Shown piece after piece: positions 18,004 to 27,044 of a DNA stretch of 49,616 bases. The stretch covers positions 1-49,616 of the forward strand of contig CBFGJG010000011.1 in assembly GCA_965649055.1 (NCBI GenBank). Reading direction: 5' to 3'. The DNA is from a candidate division WOR-3 bacterium. Its GTDB lineage: Bacteria; Hydrothermota; UBA3072; B12-G15. A model generated the notes under the pieces. It saw nothing but the letters and a program-made list of their open reading frames with translations, was not told the DNA's origin and made no database searches. How positions within the stretch are numbered: the stretch's first letter is position 1; every line of letters begins with the position of its first letter. Position numbers and translations under genes: made by a program.

Positions 18004-20316
18004 GTGAAAAAAATAATGATTGTTTTAATGGTTGTTCTTATAATAATTACAGGCTGTTCAAAAGATAATGAACCACCTGTGGTTTCAATCACAAACCCGC
18101 AGGATAATTCAATTTTAAATGGTATTGTTGAGATAATTATCAATGCCACTGATAATAAAAATGTTTCTGAAGTTGAAATTTATATTGACGACTCTCTTGT
18201 TTTATCTGACAATTCCTCCCCATATTCATATTTATGGAATACTACCGTTTATGACGATAATACACAACATAAAATATTTGCTAAAGCATACGATGAAAAT
18301 GATAATCTTGGAATATCAGATACAGTAAATGTAACAATCCTTAATCCACCAGTTCCTTCAAAACCAACAGGTCCGGTAACAGGTCTTGTTAATACATCCT
18401 ATGATTTTTCATCTGTTGCATTGGACCCAAGAAATGATAGTGTTTCCATAAGATTTTACTGGGGAAATGGTGATACATCAAACTGGAGTTCCTTTTTTGC
18501 ATCGGGTGATACAATAAAAATGAACTATTCCTGGTCCATTCCTGATACATATTTTGTAAAATGTCAGGCTAAAGATAAAAACAATGCGATATCATCCTGG
18601 TCAGATAGTGCTATGATTATTATCCAGCAATCTTCTACAAATAACCCACCTGTTCCTCAAACACCCACAGGTCCGACAACAGGCTATGTTAATACCTCAT
18701 ACTCTTTCACCTCAACAGCACAGGACCCCGAAGGTGATAGTATCTCTTTAAGATTTTCATGGGGTGATGGTGATACATCAAACTGGAGTTCTTTTGTTCC
18801 TAATAATTCAAATGTTAGTTTGAACCACACATGGACAAACACGGGCTATTATGATATAAAGGTTCAGGCTAAAGATAAAAATGGCGCAATCTCTGGTTGG
18901 TCAGGTTCTTTAACGATACAGATTCAATCACAAACTAATTCTCCGCCAAATAAACCAAGCATTTACGGTTCAACAGATTGTTTTTTGAATTACACATATC
19001 AATATTCATTTTCTGCACATGACCCTGATGGTGATAGTGTATCTATTATGATTTCATGGGGAAATGGAGATACTACTTTCTGGACACCTTTTATTCCAAG
19101 CGATTCAGTGATTACATTTAATAGGGTCTGGAGTAATACAGGGAATTATCCAATATATGCACAGGCAAAGGATAAAAATGGTAATATATCAGGATGGAGT
19201 GATAAACCTTTATCTGTAAGTGTAATGAATGTTACACCAGGACAGAAAAAATGGTCAAAAAAAATTTCTAACGCCCTTTATGGAATAGCAATTGATAATG
19301 ATGGAACATTGTATATTGGAGGATATGAAACCCTCTATGCAGTCACGCAAAATGGAAGTATAAAATGGCGTCATGGTAATTTTATCTGGTGGGGTCTTCA
19401 AACCCCTGCTATTGGTCCTGATGGAACTATTTACATTTCCTGTTATCATACTCTTTATGCAGTAAATCCTGATGGAACAAGGAAATGGTCTTTCTTTGGA
19501 ACACCTCACGGGATTTCGGATTTAGCAATAGGGCAGGATGGGACAATATATGTGAACTATGATGGGGCAAGTATGTATGCCGTGAATCCAGATGGTTCAA
19601 CAAAATGGGTATTTAACATCCAAAGCGATGATATATTACCACCTGTTATCGGCTCTGACGGAACAATCTACACTGGAGACCCTAACGATTCTGTTTATGC
19701 TGTGAATCCTGATGGAACAAAGAAATGGGCATATGGGGGGATTTATGCAGATATTTATAATATTATAATTGCGGATGATGGAACTGTCTATTATAATAGC
19801 GGGTATAGTTCCGTTATGTTTCATTTTGTAGCATTAACACCAAATGGAACGTTCAAGTGGAAAAGATTTTCTGTTTTAAATCCTTCCATTGGTCCTGATG
19901 GAACCATATATTGTTATATTGAAAATAGCACTTGCGATTCTCTCGCTGCTATAAATCCAGATGGAACATTAAAATGGAGCACCCCTGTACCATCGGGATA
20001 CTGGATAAACACTCATTCGCCAAATCCTCTTGTGGGAAATGACGGAATGATATACTTCATTGTCTCAAGTAGCAGTTCGGATAAACTTTTAGCAGTAAAC
20101 CCGAATGGAACTATCAACTGGACATATAATATTTCTGGAGATTGCTTTAATTCACCTATAATCGCCCCTGATGAACTGGGAAATGGTGTTTTATATGTTA
20201 CTTCTAATGATGGAATGATTTATGCGATATTCTGCTCAAGCACAGATATTCCTAATTCTCAATGGCCCACATACCAGCATGACAAGAAAAGAACAGGAAG
20301 GAAAACAGGACCATAA
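18004..20316 (+). CDS. Surface lipoprotein: Ig-like domain, three PKD-like repeats and a PQQ-like beta-propeller
   Basis: GTG start after AGGAGG. Lipobox ITGC. Three copies of DP.GDS.S.RF.WG.GDTS.W..QAKDKNG.IS.WS. Repeated IG.DGTIY..LYAVNPDGT.KW. Confidence 0.85.
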   Translation: MKKIMIVLMVVLIIITGCSKDNEPPVVSITNPQDNSILNGIVEIIINATDNKNVSEVEIYIDDSLVLSDNSSPYSYLWNTTVYDDNTQHKIFAKAYDENDNLGISDTVNVTILNPPVPSKPTGPVTGLVNTSYDFSSVALDPRNDSVSIRFYWGNGDTSNWSSFFASGDTIKMNYSWSIPDTYFVKCQAKDKNNAISSWSDSAMIIIQQSSTNNPPVPQTPTGPTTGYVNTSYSFTSTAQDPEGDSISLRFSWGDGDTSNWSSFVPNNSNVSLNHTWTNTGYYDIKVQAKDKNGAISGWSGSLTIQIQSQTNSPPNKPSIYGSTDCFLNYTYQYSFSAHDPDGDSVSIMISWGNGDTTFWTPFIPSDSVITFNRVWSNTGNYPIYAQAKDKNGNISGWSDKPLSVSVMNVTPGQKKWSKKISNALYGIAIDNDGTLYIGGYETLYAVTQNGSIKWRHGNFIWWGLQTPAIGPDGTIYISCYHTLYAVNPDGTRKWSFFGTPHGISDLAIGQDGTIYVNYDGASMYAVNPDGSTKWVFNIQSDDILPPVIGSDGTIYTGDPNDSVYAVNPDGTKKWAYGGIYADIYNIIIADDGTVYYNSGYSSVMFHFVALTPNGTFKWKRFSVLNPSIGPDGTIYCYIENSTCDSLAAINPDGTLKWSTPVPSGYWINTHSPNPLVGNDGMIYFIVSSSSSDKLLAVNPNGTINWTYNISGDCFNSPIIAPDELGNGVLYVTSNDGMIYAIFCSSTDIPNSQWPTYQHDKKRTGRKTGP

Positions 20317-20326
20317 ATTTAATATT

Positions 20327-20358
20327 AAGGCACCGCTATTAAAGCGGTGCCTTTGTTC
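20327..20358 (+). terminator. Intrinsic terminator
   Basis: AAGGCACCGCT-ATTAA-AGCGGTGCCTT, a perfect 11-bp stem 10 bp after the stop, followed by a T-rich tail. Confidence 0.75.
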
Positions 20359-20432
20359 ATAATCTGAAAACTTTTAATAAAATTATTTTTGACTTTTTAT
20401 AATAAAATGTATAATTATAAAAAGGAGATGAT

Positions 20433-20945
20433 ATGAAAGTATTAAAAATAACTTTTTTGGTTGTAATTATTTTACTTTTTCTTTTTGGTTTTCTCTTCTC
20501 TATCTATCTTTACAAACATAGACAGGGTGTTATAGAAACAACGGAGATTAAGAAGGAAGAAGCAAAATATAAAATATTAATAGGTTCTCAGGGTAGTGTG
20601 TTTAAAAATGCACTTCTGGATACATTGAAAAATGAAATAATAAAAAATAATGTGAACCTGAAAATCGTTGATGTTACAAAACTAAAGGATGAGAATCCGG
20701 AAGATTGTGATGCAATTATATTAATACATACCACTGAAAAATGGCAACTCCAGCCGGATGTTAAGAAGTTTCTTGATAGGACGAAGGATTTAAATAAGGT
20801 TATGCTTATAACAACCTCAGGTGATGGAAAATGGAAGACAAAAGATTACAATGTGGATATAATAACCTCCGCATCTGAATTTACAGAGATACCTGTAATA
20901 AAAGAAAAAGTTATAAAATTTATAGAAGTAAGATTTCCCAAATAG
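20433..20945 (+). CDS. Membrane-anchored hypothetical protein, probably flavodoxin-like fold
   Basis: N-terminal TM helix followed by an alternating alpha/beta pattern (KILIGSQGSVFK..DAIILIHT..LITTSGDG). AGGAG Shine-Dalgarno. Confidence 0.6.
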   Translation: MKVLKITFLVVIILLFLFGFLFSIYLYKHRQGVIETTEIKKEEAKYKILIGSQGSVFKNALLDTLKNEIIKNNVNLKIVDVTKLKDENPEDCDAIILIHTTEKWQLQPDVKKFLDRTKDLNKVMLITTSGDGKWKTKDYNVDIITSASEFTEIPVIKEKVIKFIEVRFPK

Positions 20946-20947
20946 AA

Positions 20948-22351
20948 CTAAAAATTAATCTCAAGATTTAATCTATAACCCTTAAAAGAAGTTTCATACC
21001 TGCATATACCACCTGAACAAACCAAACCACCTTTTGTGTTGAGATATTTTATTGAGAAAACCTTCTTCCCATTATCTTTTCTTACACCAATCCCTGTCTC
21101 CCACCAGAAATCCTTATTTTCATATTCAGGAACTTTTTCTGTTGACTTTGTTATATTTCCAATAATAAAAAAATCCATTATATTTATCTCTGTTTCCTCA
21201 AAAAACTCAATATAAGAAAAATCTCCACCAGTATAAACATTTGAATATCTATCAAAACCTGCTTTAAAATCAAGCGAGAAAAGACCATATTCAAAAGATG
21301 AAATTCCAATATCAAAACCATATAATTTCTTATGTTCAATATTGTATTCAAGCCCTTTTTCCTTCCTGTATCTTCCGGTAATATCAAGAGAGAAATCCTC
21401 AAATTCATAATTTATATCAGTAGAAAAGTCGTTTAAAAACTGATTTTCATTATAAGAATACGAAAAGTCATTATCTATCTCAATCATATCAGATGGGGAT
21501 AAATTAATCCCTATTTCAAATCCCCTCTCTTTATATCCTTCGTTTAACAATCTCTCTATCTTATTAACAGGTGGTGGTAAGTTTAAACCTGAATTCATTT
21601 TGTTGTAATCCTTGAATCCTATATTTGAACCAAAATTAGGTATATTAAAAGAGAAGGAAAGATAAACCCCAGTTCCATTAACATCTTCAGTTCCCATCCA
21701 GCCAAAAACAGGGTTGTATTCACCATAAGTATGCCTTGAAACAAATTCTCCATAAATATCAAAATTTGAAAATCTAAAAGATGAGAAAATACCATATATA
21801 TCCTGGACTATTAAACCAAAAGAATTTAAAAAATTTTTACCTGCAGCATTCTGAACAAGGTATCCAGCACCAATTGAAAGTCTATTTAATGGTCTAAATG
21901 TTATTTCAACACCTGACAATTTCGATAAAGTATCAATGATATTATCTTTCTTTACAAAACCAGAAAATAATCTTGACTCAAAGATAAATTCTTTAATATA
22001 AAAGTAAACACCGGTTAAAGACCTATCTATCTTCACTTTTTCATCATCAACAGTCGAAAAAATAATACCCCTACCAAAAGAAAAATAATTATCACCTATG
22101 CTCATAGAAAAATCTTTTGTTTTTAATGAGAAAAACAGTCTGTTAATTCCAAAGTATGTAAGTGTGTCGTAATCCAATTCATTATCACAGGTGAATCTAC
22201 AACCTATATTGAATTGATAGTCCTTAAAATTTTCAGATAAAGAAAGAGCAAAGATGTTTCTTCCAGAGAAATAATTTAATGTATCAATTTTTATATTAAA
22301 AAGAAACCCGTTTGAACCATTTATATATATAGAAAATAGTAATAAATACAT
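20948..22351 (-). CDS. Outer-membrane beta-barrel protein, DUF6029-like
   Basis: IGDNYFSFGRGII, amphipathic strands, C-terminal GGLVCSGGICRY motif and a terminal Phe. Last gene of the Omp28/TlpA operon. Confidence 0.7.
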   Translation of the reverse strand: MYLLLFSIYINGSNGFLFNIKIDTLNYFSGRNIFALSLSENFKDYQFNIGCRFTCDNELDYDTLTYFGINRLFFSLKTKDFSMSIGDNYFSFGRGIIFSTVDDEKVKIDRSLTGVYFYIKEFIFESRLFSGFVKKDNIIDTLSKLSGVEITFRPLNRLSIGAGYLVQNAAGKNFLNSFGLIVQDIYGIFSSFRFSNFDIYGEFVSRHTYGEYNPVFGWMGTEDVNGTGVYLSFSFNIPNFGSNIGFKDYNKMNSGLNLPPPVNKIERLLNEGYKERGFEIGINLSPSDMIEIDNDFSYSYNENQFLNDFSTDINYEFEDFSLDITGRYRKEKGLEYNIEHKKLYGFDIGISSFEYGLFSLDFKAGFDRYSNVYTGGDFSYIEFFEETEINIMDFFIIGNITKSTEKVPEYENKDFWWETGIGVRKDNGKKVFSIKYLNTKGGLVCSGGICRYETSFKGYRLNLEINF

Positions 22352-23437
22352 TTACTTTGTTACCTCAACATAAATTCTTAATTCTTTTGTAATCGAAGGA
22401 AATGTTTTTGATGATACAATAAGTGTAGTGTAATTTAATCCAAAATTCTGGGGAATTATATGGATTTCAAAATTTGAAATTGTATCACCCGGTTTTAAGA
22501 AAATATTTAATGGTAATGGATAACAGGATGTTGAATCACATAGACTCCTTGATAAATCCTGTGGATTTGATAATGAATCCGGAAGGTCCATTATAACTGT
22601 ATCTGATGTATTACCGGTATTTATAATTTTTAATGGAAAAACAGATGTCTTCCCTATCTTTCCGGACAATATTGTATCTGTTGTTGTAACGTTAAAATCA
22701 AAATGAGAACCATCCTGGACTTTCATCTCCTTAGATTGAATAACCTCCTTTGTTGAATAATCCTGTAGAATACAGGAAATACTCAAATTTTCTTTCTTCC
22801 ATAAAGTATCAAGTGGTATATTACCAATGATATTTATAGTATCGTTAACCGAGTTTAAATCCTGGACTATAATCCTTCTTACAATAAAATTATGGACTGT
22901 TTTTCCATTTGAAGCATTGTAGAGTATTGAATCTTCTTTTAATATTATTAACAATTTTGGCTCTGTGAATGTGTCATTATCCACGGGATATATGTCAATT
23001 TTGTAATCTATTTTATTAATATTTAATAAGGCTTCAAGCTCTATAAATACAGGGCTTTTTAAATTCACCCTTTCCCTTATTTTGTCTTTATATGTTTTAT
23101 AAATATCACCTGAAACACCTGTAATTTTTGTTATTCCATCAATAATAACCGTTGGGAGAGCCGAAACTGAATAAAAATTACCTCTTTCATTACTTCCCGG
23201 AAATGCGAATGTATCACCTGTCCCGATATGGAATTTTAAAACATTCAGAGTATCTTTAAATTCTTCCTTCAATAGAGAAATCACACTTTCAGCAACAGGA
23301 CAATACGTGCAGGAAGTGGAAGTAAAAATCTCAACTGAAACATTCCTTTGAACAGTGAAATTATTATCAGGAACTGGAAGATCTTTTCCGCAGGTTATAA
23401 ACAAAAAAAAGAGGATAATTAAAAATTTTTTATTCAT
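22352..23437 (-). CDS. Omp28-related thioredoxin-fold lipoprotein
   Basis: Lipobox ITC. VEIFTSTSCTYCP, LPTVIIDG, HNFIVR. Start moved from 23446. Confidence 0.8.
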   Translation of the reverse strand: MNKKFLIILFFLFITCGKDLPVPDNNFTVQRNVSVEIFTSTSCTYCPVAESVISLLKEEFKDTLNVLKFHIGTGDTFAFPGSNERGNFYSVSALPTVIIDGITKITGVSGDIYKTYKDKIRERVNLKSPVFIELEALLNINKIDYKIDIYPVDNDTFTEPKLLIILKEDSILYNASNGKTVHNFIVRRIIVQDLNSVNDTINIIGNIPLDTLWKKENLSISCILQDYSTKEVIQSKEMKVQDGSHFDFNVTTTDTILSGKIGKTSVFPLKIINTGNTSDTVIMDLPDSLSNPQDLSRSLCDSTSCYPLPLNIFLKPGDTISNFEIHIIPQNFGLNYTTLIVSSKTFPSITKELRIYVEVTK

Positions 23438-23882
23438 CTTTCTCACCGCTTATAATTTTCTTTATTTCTTCTTTAATCTCTTCTTCATCACCTTTTTTGT
23501 ATCCTATATGTTTATAGATAACATCTCCATTTCTATCAAAAATCAATGTCGCCGGAATACTTGATAAACCAAGAGATTTCAGGATTTCTTTATCGGTGTC
23601 AAAAAATACAGGAAAAGTATAATTTTTCCCATTTATGAAACTTTCTATCTTATCCTTCATCCTTATATCATCAACTGTTATCGTAATAATAAATATTCCA
23701 CTGTCAGAATAATCTTCATAAAACTTCTGAATATATCTTAATTCTTTCTTACAGGGTTTGCACCAGGTTGCCCAGAAAGAGACAAGAACTGGATTTTCTT
23801 TATAAAATTCGGAAAGGGATAAAGTGCTATCATTTAAATCAGTCAATCTGAAATCGTATGAAAGAATGAATAATAGAATCAT
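23430..23882 (-). CDS. TlpA/ResA-family thiol-disulfide oxidoreductase
   Basis: VLVSFWATWCKPCKKE, IPATLIFDRNG, HIGYKKGDE. Confidence 0.9.
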   Translation of the reverse strand: MILLFILSYDFRLTDLNDSTLSLSEFYKENPVLVSFWATWCKPCKKELRYIQKFYEDYSDSGIFIITITVDDIRMKDKIESFINGKNYTFPVFFDTDKEILKSLGLSSIPATLIFDRNGDVIYKHIGYKKGDEEEIKEEIKKIISGEKDE

Positions 23883-25741
23883 CTTATCACCAGAACCTTT
23901 TTAATCTCTTTCTTACCTGAAAGGTCAAACTGGATAAAATATATACCATTTTTTATTTTATCTCCAAGTTCAAGATAGTGATTGCCCTTTCCATATCTCT
24001 CATTTTTTTCCATTATTTTCTTACCAGAGATATCAAAAATCTTTATTTTTATAAATGTTTCTTTATTTAAAGAAAATTTTACCAGACTTTCACCATATAT
24101 AATATTTTCAAAATTATCAAATTTGATAATCTCTTCAATGCCAGTGGATGTATATGTGAGTAAACGGACATCATCAACATACTGCCAGGTATTATCACCA
24201 TAACCATCTTCCCTTGTAAGAAATCTTATTCTTATGGTCTGACCCAAATAAGATGAAAGGTCAAATACTAAATTTTTCCATTCAAAATCATTAGTACAGG
24301 TATGATACAATGTCTGAAGGATAGAATTACCTGTATTTAATATCTCAAGATTCTGCCAGTTGTAGGTTATTACATCTTCAGTAAATCTTTTAACCCAACA
24401 ATTCAACAGGACTTTTTCTACATCTGATGGAATAGTTATTTCTCTGTACATCCAGTCATCTCCATTAGGTTCTGTTCCCGGCGGAGCTACACCAACAAGT
24501 GCACTGTAAGAACCTGAATGTGATTCTGATGAACTCCAGTATACATGATTTAAACCTCCTATGACCCATCCTGAAAGACCTGTTTCAAAACCTTCATCAA
24601 AAAAATATGAAGGTGTTCCTGCATAATAGGAAATAGTATCATATTTTGAGACATAATGATTAGTGATTGAACTTAATGCCTGTGTCTTTATTATAAATTT
24701 TAATTGATAACCTTCAGGAGTAGCACCTGATATTTGGAATAAAAATGGTGATGACTCATTTGAAATTATTCCTCCCTGCAATACACTATCAAACAGACAT
24801 TCACCATTTAATATTGAAACATAAGGGTCAGTGGAGATTAACTCCATCTTTACATTATTCCCTTTTGCACCAAAATTCATTAAATAAACAATCAATCCAC
24901 CTGTCTCACCGGGATCTATAAAACCATTATTATTCCCTTTTCCTGAAAATTCGAATATTGTATCAGCAGTCTTTTCAAACATTGGGGAAAAGAATAATTT
25001 TGCTCCCTGATAAATTGGTTTCCTTCTTATGTTACCCTGAGAGACAACATTATCTGTCTGAATGAATGAAACTATTCCAATCTTATCGGGATTCCAGTTT
25101 GAACTTATGGTGAATGGGATAGAACCATAAACACTATCAGGTGGTGAAACAAGGTTTACAGAAATACCAAGTGTATCAGGAATCATATCCCTCATCGCCT
25201 GATGATGAACCGGGTCACCATTGGGTCCTGTGTAATAAACATAAGATTCTGTTATTGCTGTCCTTAACCTTAGATTTGTTTGTGGAACATTATCTGTTGC
25301 CTTCGCTTTATAATAGATTGTTCCGGTCCTTGTCAGGGTATCATATTCAACTTCTAATGAAATTTCAATGGGTGAAGGATTTGATAACTGATTCAGTATT
25401 CTTGTCTCATATCCGGAAACATAACCATTAGGAACATCAACAGTATCACCATCGACAACAAGGTGTGGGACATAATTGAAATTAAAATAATATCTCCTTC
25501 TTGCAAGGTTCTCCTGTGTATTTGCAAGATAAAATGGGTCTGAAGATGATGGCCAGTTCATATGGAATCTTATTATTGCAAGATTGTTAAAGTAAATCTT
25601 TGAAAGCCAAGTAAGTTGCGCATTAGCACTAACACAAGGTCCACATCCTGTATTCGTGAATAATTCTGCTACAACAATCCTTTCACTTCCATAAGCAAAA
25701 AATGAAAAAATAATAATTAAAAACAATAGCAGATTTCTCAT
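23879..25741 (-). CDS. Omp28-related protein with additional jelly-roll module and T9SS-type CTD
   Basis: Signal peptide. VAELFTNTGCGPC, HMNWPSSSDPF, VPHLVVDG, HHQAMRDM. CTD IFDISGKKI..NGIYFI..KKV. Start moved from 25774 to the ATG after GGAGG. Confidence 0.82.
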   Translation of the reverse strand: MRNLLLFLIIIFSFFAYGSERIVVAELFTNTGCGPCVSANAQLTWLSKIYFNNLAIIRFHMNWPSSSDPFYLANTQENLARRRYYFNFNYVPHLVVDGDTVDVPNGYVSGYETRILNQLSNPSPIEISLEVEYDTLTRTGTIYYKAKATDNVPQTNLRLRTAITESYVYYTGPNGDPVHHQAMRDMIPDTLGISVNLVSPPDSVYGSIPFTISSNWNPDKIGIVSFIQTDNVVSQGNIRRKPIYQGAKLFFSPMFEKTADTIFEFSGKGNNNGFIDPGETGGLIVYLMNFGAKGNNVKMELISTDPYVSILNGECLFDSVLQGGIISNESSPFLFQISGATPEGYQLKFIIKTQALSSITNHYVSKYDTISYYAGTPSYFFDEGFETGLSGWVIGGLNHVYWSSSESHSGSYSALVGVAPPGTEPNGDDWMYREITIPSDVEKVLLNCWVKRFTEDVITYNWQNLEILNTGNSILQTLYHTCTNDFEWKNLVFDLSSYLGQTIRIRFLTREDGYGDNTWQYVDDVRLLTYTSTGIEEIIKFDNFENIIYGESLVKFSLNKETFIKIKIFDISGKKIMEKNERYGKGNHYLELGDKIKNGIYFIQFDLSGKKEIKKVLVIR

Positions 25742-25763
25742 ATAACCTCCAATTTTTGACTTA

Positions 25764-25791
25764 AAAATACACATAACTTCATTTTTGTCAA
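25764..25791 (-). promoter_or_regulatory. Promoter TTGACA-N16-TATTTT for the Omp28 operon
   Basis: Minus strand, divergent from the promoter at 25841. Confidence 0.5.
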
Positions 25792-25840
25792 ATATTTTTT
25801 AATTTTAATAATTTCCTGAAAAATTAATAATGGTGGAGAC

Positions 25841-25868
25841 TTGACAGAAAAAATTTTTAGTTTAATAT
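25841..25868 (+). promoter_or_regulatory. Promoter TTGACA-N16-TAATAT, 6 nt before the ATG (leaderless)
   Basis: No Shine-Dalgarno before the ATG at 25875. Confidence 0.6.
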
Positions 25869-25874
25869 AATTAT

Positions 25875-27035
25875 ATGAAGTTTTTGCTTATATTATCAGG
25901 TTTTTCTTTATTACACCTTAAATCAAGGCAGGATACTATTTTGCAATGTTATATCTATGGTTATTCTTACGATGTAAATAATGATGGATACAATTCTTTT
26001 ATATACTCTTATTTTTCTAATTATAATCCAAATTCAAGTTATCCGGTAATGGTAGGTATAGACCAGGATTGGTCTGATGAATGGTCAAGAGGGCATATGC
26101 AGTGGGATATATCCTGTATCCCGGATTCGAATACAATCCTTTCTGTAGGTGTAAGATTTCTTGTTGCTTATCAGAATCAGTGGAATGATGAATGGGATGG
26201 TAATGGAACATGGATTGAATTAAGGGATATGATACAGAATCAATACCCCTGGACACCATCCCATGGTGATTATATTTCAAACACACTATACAACGATGCA
26301 GGTAACGGTAATAAATATGCTGATTCTTTATATATTTATATGCATCCAACATATAATGTTTACTACCCATCTGATACAACATTCATTATGCTTTCAAGTT
26401 CTGCTGTATCGGATTTACAGAGTGCCCTTCAAAGAAACTGGTTCGGGATAGGAATACACAGGATAGGTGAGAATGGTGATGGTGGTCCAAATCCAGATGT
26501 CGATGAGGGTGTAAATCTTTTTGCAAGTGCATCTTATCTTTATATATCATCTTTACCGCCTGATAATATAATACTTTCTGATGCAGATGTATTTCCTGAT
26601 ACCGGTTATTCAGGTTCTGAATTCTCTTTCACCATTCATTACTATGATGCCTGGGGATACGAACCTTGTTCGGTTGTATGTTTTATTGATGACACGACAA
26701 GGATTAAACTTAACCTGCTTTCTGGATATAATTACAATGGCGTATATGGTAAAAAGATTTCTATCAATGAACCCGGTATGCATAAATATTATTTTTATAC
26801 AGTTAATACAAACGAGACTGTGAAATACTTTCCTCAAGATGCACCGTTAGTTCAGATTAGTGGTCCTTTTGTTCTACCATCAGGGATAAATGAAAATAAT
26901 CTTGATAAATTTGATAGAAGAATTATAATAGATATTACAGGTAGGATTATGGATTATGATATAGATAAACTCCCAACAGGAATTTATTTCATTAAAGAGA
27001 AGGATAAGATTAAAAGAATAAATATAATAAAATAG
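25875..27035 (+). CDS. Secreted hypothetical protein with a short T9SS-like CTD
   Basis: Hydrophobic N-terminus. C-terminal DITGRI..LPTGIYFIK..KR. Confidence 0.65.
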   Translation: MKFLLILSGFSLLHLKSRQDTILQCYIYGYSYDVNNDGYNSFIYSYFSNYNPNSSYPVMVGIDQDWSDEWSRGHMQWDISCIPDSNTILSVGVRFLVAYQNQWNDEWDGNGTWIELRDMIQNQYPWTPSHGDYISNTLYNDAGNGNKYADSLYIYMHPTYNVYYPSDTTFIMLSSSAVSDLQSALQRNWFGIGIHRIGENGDGGPNPDVDEGVNLFASASYLYISSLPPDNIILSDADVFPDTGYSGSEFSFTIHYYDAWGYEPCSVVCFIDDTTRIKLNLLSGYNYNGVYGKKISINEPGMHKYYFYTVNTNETVKYFPQDAPLVQISGPFVLPSGINENNLDKFDRRIIIDITGRIMDYDIDKLPTGIYFIKEKDKIKRINIIK

Positions 27036-27044
27036 GAGGTTTTT

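Noticed and set aside
18340..19215. Nucleotide repeats inside the PKD/PQQ lipoprotein as a DGR template/variable pair
   Set aside because: They are in-frame domain duplications, and no reverse transcriptase is present.
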